The notes below the pieces were generated by a model that ran no database searches, was not told the origin of the DNA, and saw only the letters and a list, made by a program, of their open reading frames with translations. From Sphyrna mokarran (lineage: Eukaryota), in contig JAGIQG010000005.1 of NCBI GenBank assembly GCA_024679065.1, forward strand, positions 37,076,001 through 37,140,000: a DNA stretch of 64,000 nt, written 5' to 3'. The translations under genes and the position numbers were made by a program. Below are positions 27,286 to 37,223 of this stretch, piece after piece (position 1 is the stretch's first letter; every line of letters begins with the position of its first letter).

Positions 27286-29193
27286 ACATTAAAGGTAACA
27301 TTATAATTAGATAGGTTTTAAAGGTGAAGCAATAAGCTCAGGACAGAAATCTAGTTTTTAAAATTCATTTTTAGGACATGGACAACTCTATTAACAGTGT
27401 ATAGTTTTCTTTTTGATCCTTCAGCAATCTTGTGTTTCTCATTGCTGATTAGTATTTCACAATGTGCTTCAACACACTCATACTTAAAACATTCTGCTAT
27501 AAACAAAATGTCTATTTATTCCTTGACACTTTTATTCTGCAATCTACCACCAATCACTCCTCCACAAAGTCAGATTTTTTACTAGAAAACATTTATAAAT
27601 AAGTTAATCGCTGCAAACTCCTTTAATCTTGCATTAAATGACAGGCATTACTGCACATGCCTTACTGCACCGCACATACTGAGACAACTGTCTCAGCTAA
27701 AATGCGATATATGCCTGGAAGAATCACTTTGTTTAGTGGAGAGAAAGTACTTGACAGAAAAATACAAACCAATTGAACAAATAAAACCAGTTTAATATTT
27801 GTTGTGAAACATGTTATATTGATTTACAAGGGATGTGCATCATCAATTAAATTAGACTTCATAGGATTAGGATGTTGTCACTGGAGAATGCATAGACATT
27901 ATAAAATGCAGATGGGTTGTTCAACCGAATCAGTCTGTGTCTATGCTTTATACTAATCCTATGTTCTGTTACCATATTCCTTATATTCACTCTTTTTCTT
28001 CAATTAACTTGTAAACTATTAGAGCAGATAATCAAAAGCTCAATCAAAGAGGTAGGTTTTAAGGGACAAATGAAACCAATTTATTGTTTATTATTTGTTG
28101 TGAAACAAGTTGACAATGGATGTGCCTCTAAACGACACTTGATAGAATCAGGATTTTATCATTGGAGAATTACATATAAATTATAAAATGCAAATAGGAG
28201 TTATTATTTTATTGCAGTAATAAGAGCTGAAGAGAGCTATTTACTGAGGGAATTTCATGAGCTTAGCATCTTGGCAGGTCAAGGCATGACCATTGCTGTA
28301 GGGCAAACCCAGGAAGTATAAGCTGCAGCAGGACAGGAATGAATGGAAAGGGTTAATCAGACAGCCTGACTATAGTATTCACACTCACTCTGGGCAGATA
28401 TGACAAATTACCAGACCATACTAACACAGTCACATCCTCAGCGAGATCTTACTGAGGTTATAGCAACAATAAGAGAATCAATATTTTATCAAGGCTCCAA
28501 AAGGCATTGTGCCTCTGGAAAACTGATCAAGAGGGAGAATTTAGCATGGCCAATGCACTACCTCCCACAGATCTCTCCACAGATGCTGCCAGACAAGCTA
28601 AGTTTTTCCAGCATTTTGTTTTTAATTCAGATTTTCAGCATCAGCAGTATTTCTTGATTACTTTCTTCAGACTCTTGATTAATGAGACAATCAGGGATTA
28701 TGGGGAAAAGGCAGGAGAATGGGGGATGAGAAAAATATCAGCCATTTTTGAATGGCAGAGCAGACTTGATGGGCCAAATGGCCTAATTCTACTTCCATGT
28801 CCTATGGTCTTATACTTTATCCATCCTTAGCCCGTCTTCCAGTTCTGGGTCTATATCTACGTAGATTATTGCACCTCAAGTCCATGTTTTTTTTTAAATA
28901 TGATTAAAGTTTTTGCCTCTAACAGCGAATTTTAGATCACCACCATCCTCTGGATGAAAAAAAAAATTAAATGCTTCCAATTCTTCAATGGACACCTCTT
29001 TCTTGTTTCTTGATTTGTCGAGTTAGCACTCTGCTATCTTGCAACGCCAGCAATTTTGATCAATAGATCCCTCTAACTCTCCAACTATGTTTTTTTCTCG
29101 TTTGTTCGACTCTGAATCTGTATTCATACATCCCAGTTCCAGCCGCCGCGCATGCGCGTCTATCTTACTCCACCCCCTCCCGGGGCGGGACTT

Positions 29194-29375
29194 GTTGCCA
29201 CGGCAACAGTGCCACGCCACGTCCCTTCGCCCACGCGGGAGAGGAGGGGTGATTGCCATGGCAGCGCAGCAACGGCATGCTTCCTCCCCGATGGTTGCCA
29301 TGGCAGCTGGTCCAGGCCACGCCCCCTCCTCCTCCTCGCCGCCATTTTCCGCGGCGGTTTGGTAACCATGGCGAT
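29194..29375. promoter_or_regulatory. Cluster of four RFX X-box-like palindromes
   Basis: GTTGCCACGGCAAC 29194-29207; ATTGCCATGGCAGC 29252-29265; GTTGCCATGGCAGC 29294-29307; GTAACCATGGCGAT 29362-29375 (overlaps the start codon). Compared with the X-box consensus GTTGCCATGGCAAC. Confidence 0.7.
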
Positions 29376-29661
29376 CACTCCAGCTCAGGTCTTCGCGGTG
29401 CTGTTGTCGGATCCGGAGAAGAGTAAACGGTGTCGGACCGAGGACTGCCCCGTTAAATCGCCTGCGCCATCCTCGTTACCCTCTCCGGCCGGCGAGCGGG
29501 AGGTACAGGTCAGCGCCTCAGCCGAGGTGTCGGCGCCCCCTAACCGGGCCCGGCTGTGCGTGCTGGTGAGCAGTAGCAAGGAGGCAGCGGCGGCGGCCAA
29601 GAGCAGCGTCAACCGGCGGCTCGACTACATCTTGCAGAGCGTCCGGGCCCACGGCGTGCGA
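29368..29661 (+). CDS. IRAK1BP1: IRAK1BP1 (interleukin-1 receptor-associated kinase 1-binding protein 1, SIMPL domain) coding exon 1
   Basis: ATG in Kozak context (accATGG) inside a CpG island. Encodes MAITPAQVFAVLL...REVQVSASAEVSAPPNRARLCVLVSSSKEAAAAAKSSVNRRLDYILQSVRAHGVR, matching the recalled IRAK1BP1 N-terminal SIMPL region. Phase-0 donor CGA|gtaagg at 29662. Confidence 0.93.
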
Positions 29662-29894
29662 GTAAGGGAGAGAGTACCGGTGGGGAGCTGCTTGCAGCCC
29701 TCCCTCTCTGTTTCTTTCTTAAAAGTTACTCTATTCTTATGGTTACAAAACCAGTACACAGAGCCCTGATCCATCTCATTAATCCAAAAAACAATTCGTG
29801 ACCCTCACAAGAGATCCAAGCTAACAAGAAAAGGCATCTGATATTGGGTTTGATCTGATTCTTTAATCTGTTGTTGTTAGACTGCTTACTAAGA

Positions 29895-30802
29895 TTTAAG
29901 TCCAACAGGTTTATTTGGTGGCAAAATCCAATGGCTTTCAGAGTGCTGCTCCAGATAAATGGGAGTTTTGTTCACAAACAGGGCATATAAAGACACAAAC
30001 TCAATTTACAAAATAGTGGTTGTAATGTGAATCTTTATAGGCAATCAAGTTTTAAAGGTACAGACAGTGTGAGAGGCGAGAGCGTTAAGCACAGGTTAAA
30101 GAGATGCGTATTGCTTCCAGACAGGTCAGTTACTGAGATTTTGCAAGCCCAAGCAAATCGTGAGGGTTACAGGTAGTGTGACATAAACCCAAGATCCCGG
30201 TTGAGGCTGCCTCATGTGTGCGGAACTTGGCTATCTGGCTCTGCTCAATGACTGCGTTGTCATATGTCGTGAAGGCTGCCTCTGATCTTCGCTTACCCAA
30301 AGATTAGAGGCCGAGTAACTGTGAGCGGTCATGGGCATTTGGCCTCTGATCTTCAGATAAGCCTTCTCCAAGGCAGCCTACATGACAATGCAAAATCACT
30401 GAGCTGAGACTGGTAGCCAAGTTCCGCATACATGAGGACGGCCACAACCGGGATCTTGGGTTCATGTCACGTTATCTGTTACCTCCATGATTTGCCTGGG
30501 CTTGCAAAATCTGTCCTGCCTGGAGACAATACACATCTCTTTAAACTGTGCATAATGCTTTCTCCACTCACGTTGTTTGTACTTTTAAGACTTGATTGCC
30601 TATAAAGATTTGTATTTCAACCATTATTTTGTAAATTGAGTTTATGTCTTTATACGCCCTGTTTGTGAACAGAACTCCCACTTACCTGACAAAACAGCAG
30701 CGCTCTGAAAGCTAATGGCTTTTGCTACCAAATAAATCTGTTGGACTTTAAGAAGCCAGGTTAATGTGTTTACTCCAGTCTAACATTGGCATCTCCGTAT
30801 CT
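29895..30802. mobile_element. Penelope-like fold-back (two 3' portions in inverted orientation) in IRAK1BP1 intron 1
   Basis: The left arm (29895-~30310) is the reverse complement of the right arm (~30340-30750). The right arm matches 12890-13310. Confidence 0.85.
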
Positions 30803-32026
30803 TAAACCTTAACTAGAAACCCGAAAGTGATCACACTGGGCTGCCTTCAGGTCCCCACTGCACTCTGGATAAAGTCAAAATACAGCAATGTTGGAAACTG
30901 AAACAATAACAGAAAATGCTGGAAAATCTCAGCACATTTGACAGCATCAGGATCCTGACTCCAAATATTGGCTCCATTCTCTCTCCACAGTTGCTGTCAG
31001 ACTTTCTGAGATTTTGCAGCATTTTCTGTTGATGTTCCCACTCCATTTTATCCAGACTGGATTTGAGTGCAGGTCCAGGCAGATCCTACACTGTTCAAAG
31101 TATGACAATTATCCCATGATCCTATTTCAAAGCAGAGCAGGACTCTTGGTCCATATTTATCTCCCAACCAATCACACTAAAGCATATATTATGGTGTTTG
31201 ATTATTGTGGTATCTATTGTATGCAAATTGGCTGCTGCATATCCTACTTTACAATGTAAAGATGCCGGCGTTGGATTGGGGTGGTAAGAACTCAGTAAGA
31301 ATTTAGCAACACCACTTTACAACAGTGACACCCATTTCAGAATTACCCAATTGACTGTAAAGCACTCTGCATCATTCAGACACCCAGAAGGACATTTTAA
31401 AAATGTTTTTCTTTTTCCTCCATTGCTAATTCTAATATCTAGAGAAAGAACTTGGAATCCCATTCCAGAGTTAATATTTCATTTGAGTTAAATTAGCAGC
31501 CAGAGAGTGAGACATGTCAACATTGATCACATTTTTTACAAATGCATAAAGGAAGAGTGGTGATTTTATTCATTATGATTGAAAAACTGGCACAGACTCT
31601 GGAGCTGCACCATTCCATCATTCATCATCAATATAGGTTGGCTGCAGTTGTTAATAGTCATCTAGTTAAATCTGACACAATAATAAACTGACTATTGAAA
31701 ATACAGTCAATTTGCAGCTACATGCAATTACTACCATGTTTGGTAATGGTAAGTGTCGCTAATGATTGCAGCTGCTGAACATCAGGGAGCCGAGTTAATA
31801 TTTGACGATTACTTGGCGAAACCCTATCCAGTATCCTGTGTTAGCTGTGTTTGAAAAATTGGTAGCATGATAGACTAAAGAATGTAAGCTTGTTTTTGTT
31901 GACTTTTCATCTAGTGATCACAAAGTAATAATTGTTTCCCCTGCTGACAGTTTGTCTATTCTGAGTAGGTATTTAGTGTGCAATCCCCAATTAAAGGAGT
32001 ATATTATTTACTTAAATAGGGCCATA

Positions 32027-32050
<24 letters not shown>
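32027..32050. repeat. (AT)n microsatellite
   Basis: 12 AT units read directly. Confidence 0.95.
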
Positions 32051-32057
<7 letters not shown>

Positions 32058-34039
32058 GATGCCTTGATGCAAAATGTAAAATTGTAAAAACAACAATTGC
32101 AAAAAGGTACTTGGTGATTTGCTGAAAATTGTAACTTCTTTAGTAGTGCCATCAGCAGTACCTAGTGTTACCCACTACTGATTAATATACAAATTATGTA
32201 CATTTATTTTGAGATATAGAAGTCAGTTTAGCTCAATTGGCTGGTTAGCACAGATTCAATGCCTGTACTGGCTGAGGGTGATTCGTGAAGGCCCACCTTG
32301 CACCTCACCCAAGGTGTGCTGATCCCCAGATTAAATCACCACCAATCAGTTCCTTTGGTCATCTGGGAGTCTGGTGATTTCATTTATTTGAATCTGTACG
32401 ATAGTGATCTGTAATGGTGAATATGTTAAATTATGAATAGTCCAATATAAATTCTGAATCCACTATGGTAATTGTGAAAGTGTGAAATTGGTGAGAATAA
32501 AAAGAACAAGAGTCTCAACCTTAATGGGTGAATTAGAGGTGAAAAAATATATGGTTTAAAAAGATGGATTTTTAAGAAATTTTTCTAATTTGGGAAGTTG
32601 AGGTGTCTAGGGAAACAATTCCAGAGTGCAGCTTAGTTATATGAAGTCTGTCCCACAAATCTTGGGTTCAAGACTTTAGGCAGAAGACTGAGCATGTGGG
32701 AACAGTCAAATGGCTGAAACAGAGTCCAGTGGTAACGTTGTAACGTTGTGGAGGAATTTCATGATGAATATTTTAACTTGCATTAGAAAACTGCAAAGAT
32801 AGACGATCAAGAATGGGCAAATGGCATTTCATGAACGGGATATATGTAGTTGAAATTTGAGCAAATTGTAGTTTATGACTAAGGCAAAATAGTAAGAAGG
32901 CATGAAAAAAATTTAGTCTTGATCTACATATGAAAAGTGAAGCACAGGAAAGCACTTTGGTCTATTCAGCTGGTTCCATACAATTGTGATACCTTGTGTA
33001 TTGCAATGTATACACTGGTCCCCCCGCCAAAAATCATGTTATTTGGTGAAGTATAAAATGACAGGTCAATCTGCAGGAGTGGGAGAAATTTTAACCATTT
33101 CTGCCCAAATTAATGAACATTTCTCCCTCAGTAGGAGGGAGGTGAGAAAAGATATGTGGTATTATAATGAAGTAAGCTGATGGATAGTAGTGGAGTTTGA
33201 ATCTATTTTTTGGGATTAGGAAGAGTTCTTAGGTTTTGCACAGACCTGGTCGATCTTGAGGAATTGACTAGTAAGGACTATCCAGTGAATGCAGTGGAGC
33301 AAATGAACATAGCTTCAATTAGAAATTTTGACTGCTTCATAGGGAAGCCAACTGAGCAGTCTGACACTACAGATGTCAATGTGGAATTACGAGGAAGTGG
33401 TGGAAAATAGACCTGAGTTGTTAGCTCACAATAAAGCTGACCTTATGTTGATGGGTAACATCTCTCAGGGGGAACATGTTAATGAGGGGCCAAGAATAAA
33501 TTAATTATTGCTAAATAGCATAACAGAGCATTGTTAAAAGATTTTGGGGCCAATTTAACATTGGCAGCAAGCATTCCATTTCATTAATGTCCAGAATGTT
33601 CATTTGTACTCGACAACCATATAGATCAGCATTTCCAAGCATTGTTTCTGCATCTGAGAGAAAATCAATAATGAATGTTAACCACACTCAATTTCCATGA
33701 ACTAATTAAAGCAATGTTAAACCAATTCAAACTAAATTTTAAGCATTTAAAGTGCCTGTTTGTTTTGAAACTGAACTTGTTGTCCAGTGGGAAGTCCCCA
33801 TGTGCTGTTGCTGAACTGTGCAGGCCAAAGTAGTCCCAGGCTCAAACCGTGCTGAGTTAGCTTTGCTCGGCTAGAGTAGCAGTGGAGCACTTAACCTGTA
33901 AGGGAAGGGAAATCAGCTATAGAAACAATATGTTGATGTCCTTGCCATTCCTCTCCCCAAAACAATTCTTTGCCAGCTCCAATTCTGATATTTTCTTCAT
34001 CTTTGCTGCTTCAAGTCTAAGGACTGTGGGTTTGAGTTA

Positions 34040-34700
34040 TGTTACAGAGAATTACAGTATACTTGCAGCAGGCAATTTTGGTGCAATAGATCCATGCTGT
34101 GTGTGTGCAGCTTGCAAGCTTCCTCCAATCCTTCTCCATTTATCCCCATCAGCGTATGCTTCCATCCATCTCTCTCTCATCTGGATTCTCTTTAAATGCA
34201 TCTGTGCTGTTTATTGTCTCAACAATCCTTAAGAGCGAGTTCCACGTTCTAACCACTCTGTTGTTGAGGAGGTTTCTTCTGAATTGCCTTAGTAATTATC
34301 ATATATTTATGGCTCCTAATTTTGGTGTCACCTGCAACTGGAACCATCTCCCATATTGATTCTTATCATACCCTTTTGTAATTTTAACATTCTATTTCAG
34401 GTCACCCTGCAATATTTTGCTGGAGAAAAGAGTCCCACCATGTTCAGTTTTTCCTGATAGATAAAACCTCTGAGTTCTGGTAGTATTTTATAAGTCTGTC
34501 TTGCACCATCTTCAATGCCTCTATTTTTTACAACCAGAACTGTTCACAATACTCCAAATTTAGTATAATCAAGGGTTCTATACAAGTTTAACATAATTTT
34601 TCTGCTTTTGCTTTGTTGGCACTTATTGTGGGCTTATTTTGTGGTTACTTTGTGACTTGTTCACCTGCACCCCCAGATTCCTCTTTGTCAATCCCATTAA
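34040..34700 (-). mobile_element. Decayed CR1 3' fragment
   Basis: Minus strand gives EYCEQFWL-like and RVVRTWNSL-like motifs (ccagaactgttcacaatactccaa; gagttccacgttctaaccactc). Confidence 0.65.
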
Positions 34701-34911
34701 ACACTTGTCCGAAAGCAAAATAGGGTGGCTATTAGAAACCTAATGCAAAATGCAGGAAACACACGGCAGGTCTGTCATCATCCGGATAGAGGAGTAAAAC
34801 TAACCTTTCAGACTGTCACCTATCATTAGCATCATCTGTCCAAATCACCGAATACTCTGGGGAGCATGCTTGATTGAAAAAATATCCACTAACCGTTTTC
34901 CCCCCTACCAA

Positions 34912-35838
34912 CTAGTAAATTAGTAAATTTGCGGATGACACTAAAGTTGGTGGAGTGGTAGATAGTGAAGAGGGGTGTTATAGTTTGCAGAGAGACTTGG
35001 ACAAGTTGCAGAGCTGGGCTGAGAGATGGCAAATGGAGTTTAATGTGGAAAAGTGTGAGGTAATGCACTTTGGCAGGAATAATAAATGTGTAGAGTATAG
35101 GGCTAATGGTAGGATTCTTAATAGTGTTGATGAACAGAGGGATCTTGGTGTATTTGTGCATAGATCCCTGAAAGTAGGCAGTCAAGTCTATAAGGTTGTT
35201 AAGAAGGCATACGGAGTCTTAGCTTTTATTGGTAGGGGGATTGAATTTCGGAGCCGCAACGTCATGTTGCAACTGTACAAAACTCTAGTGCGGCCGCACT
35301 TGGAGTATTGTGTGCAGTTCTGGTCCCCACATTATAAGAAAGATGTGGAGGCATTGGAGAGGGTACAGAGGAGGTTTACCAGGATGTTGCCTGGTATGGA
35401 GGGCAGGTCTTATGAAGAGAGGCTGAGGGATTTGAGGTTGTTTTCGTTAGAAAGGAAGCGGCTAAGAGGGGACCTTATTGAAACATATAAGATGATTAGA
35501 GGTTTAGATAGGGTGGACAGTGATAGCCTTTTTCCTAGGATGGAGAAAGCTAGCACGAGGGGACACAGCTTTAAATTAAGGGGTGATAGTTATAGGACGG
35601 ATATCAGAGGTAGGTTCTTTACCCAGAGGGTGGTTAGGGAGTGGAATGCCCTGCCTGCGGCAGTTGTAGATGCGCCAAGTTTGGTGGCGTTTAAGAGGTT
35701 AGTTGATAAGTTTATGGAAGAGAAGGGAATGGTTTAGTTTGGAGAGTCATTGCTTTTTTCATAATTGGTCGGCGCAACATCGAAGGCCGAAGGGTCTGTT
35801 CTGCGCTGTAATGTTCTATGTTCTATGTTCCATGTTCT
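34912..35838 (+). mobile_element. Young 5'-truncated CR1-clade LINE (RT C-terminus and 3' UTR) in IRAK1BP1 intron 1
   Basis: Open frame SKFADDTKVGG...WQMEFNVEKCEVMHFG...RPHLEYCVQFWSP...RRRL/KRLRGDLIE...FFTQRVVREWNALP, followed by a (GTTCTAT)n tail. Confidence 0.95.
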
Positions 35839-36331
35839 AACTCCCCTTCTTTTGACGCTTCGATAAAATGTGAGTATATGAACTTTTTTGTCTTTGGGAT
35901 TCTGTGTTTAGCTGCCAGTGATTGTTTCCACATGCCACTTTTCCCCTGCCTGCCAATCAAATACTTCCTCTTAGGCTCAACCCTAGAAGAAAAGGTGAAA
36001 TTTTGTCTTTGGAGCAGGACTTCAGGTTGTATTGCTCCTGTAGTTAGAAGAAGCACACACCTGGAAAAACCTCAAATCTAAATAAGTCCACAAGGGATTC
36101 AGGTAACAGCTCAGTTTCACTATTAGCAGGGGTCAGCACTTCTAGCAGAATTGAAATAAATGTCTTCTCTTCAATGGGAGATACTTTGGAATTGAAACAC
36201 AAGACTACTATTATCTATTTGCAATAAGAAATTGTATCTGCTCATTGCGGTAATGATTTTATGTAATCCTACACTATTACCCTTTTAGAAGTAATACTAT
36301 CTAATTGCATACTTGTTTGCAAATGTTCCAG

Positions 36332-36397
36332 GAGGACAGTGTTACCGTGACTAAGGATTTTCGACGAGTTGAAAATGCCTTTCAAATGGAAGCAGAG
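36332..36397 (+). CDS. IRAK1BP1: IRAK1BP1 coding exon 2 (66 nt)
   Basis: Acceptor ttccag| and donor |gtacta. Encodes EDSVTVTKDFRRVENAFQMEAE, close to the recalled mammalian EENITVTKDFRRVENAYHMEAE. Phase 0/0. Confidence 0.93.
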
Positions 36398-36679
36398 GTA
36401 CTAATTAGTTCTAAATTTTCATTCATTTGTTAATGTTGTATAAACATGTTGTATAAACAATACCTGTAGCGTTAGTATATTACTACGATGAAGAACTAGT
36501 TGTTATATTCAGTTTTTGGTTTTATTGGAATTGGTGATTGTTAAATGTACCTTAATCCAGTTACAAACATAACATTAATAATATATTAATGTAGGTGGAA
36601 ATATAAGCTAAGCTGTGAGGAGGACACAGAGACTATAAAGAGCTCTTTGCAGGTCAAGTGATTAAGCAATAAGGAGCAG

Positions 36680-36928
36680 ATTTGATTTGATTTTATTTAT
36701 TATTGTCACATGTATTAGTATATAGCGAGAAGTATTGTTTGTTGCGCAATATATAGACAAAGCATACCATACATGGAGAAAGAAAGGAAAGGTGCACAAT
36801 GTAGTGTTACAGTCCTAACTAGGGTGTAGAGAAAGAGCAATTTAATATACAGACGAGAGTAAAAGATAGAATTGGAGAATATGCCGGGCACAGCTTCCAA
36901 GAAGTCGCAACACTCCGGTGCCATTTTG
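36680..36928 (-). mobile_element. Short non-autonomous element carrying the Rex-Babar 3' tail
   Basis: 36680-36850 is the reverse complement of the Rex 3' UTR at 6890-7040. It is preceded on the minus strand by AAAATGGCACCGGAGTGTTGCGAC and sits in a CR1 remnant (36590-37070). Confidence 0.7.
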
Positions 36929-37223
36929 GATCAGAACCAGGTGAAGTATAATGTGGAGAAGTGTGTGAGATTATTCACTTTGGTTGTAAGAATAGAAAAG
37001 CAGATTTTTTTTTTAAAAGATGTGAAACTTGTAAATGTTGATGTTCAGAAGATTAGGGTTTACCCATACAAGAAACACAGGCCAGAATTTTAACATCCTG
37101 CCCACCATGGGAATTGGAGTGAGTGAGGGTGGACCAGGAAAGGTTTGTTGACCTCGGGCAGGATTTTATGGTTTCAGGACAAGCGAGACTGTAAAATTGC
37201 ACCCATGAACATAGCATACAGGT

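Larger units (their letters stand above)
29140..29700 (+). promoter_or_regulatory. CpG-island promoter and first exon region of IRAK1BP1
   Basis: The only strongly GC/CpG-rich segment in an otherwise CpG-depleted window. Contains an NRF1-type palindrome CGCGCATGCGCG (29147-29158), GC box GGGGCGGG (29182-29189), KLF/SP motif GGCCACGCCCC (29315-29325) and YY1-type CGCCATTTT (29340-29348). Confidence 0.85.

Noticed and set aside
29023-29612. Minus-strand ORFs in the CpG island as a divergent gene (e.g. MAARRRRGRG...)
   Set aside because: Stop-poor GC-rich sequence. The AAAATGGCGGCG start is a YY1-type motif, with no recognisable protein or downstream exons.
29152-29769. 205-aa ORF as a single-exon protein
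   Set aside because: Only 29368-29661 resembles IRAK1BP1. The upstream ATG lies within the NRF1 motif, and the 3' part is read-through into intron 1 past the gtaagg donor.
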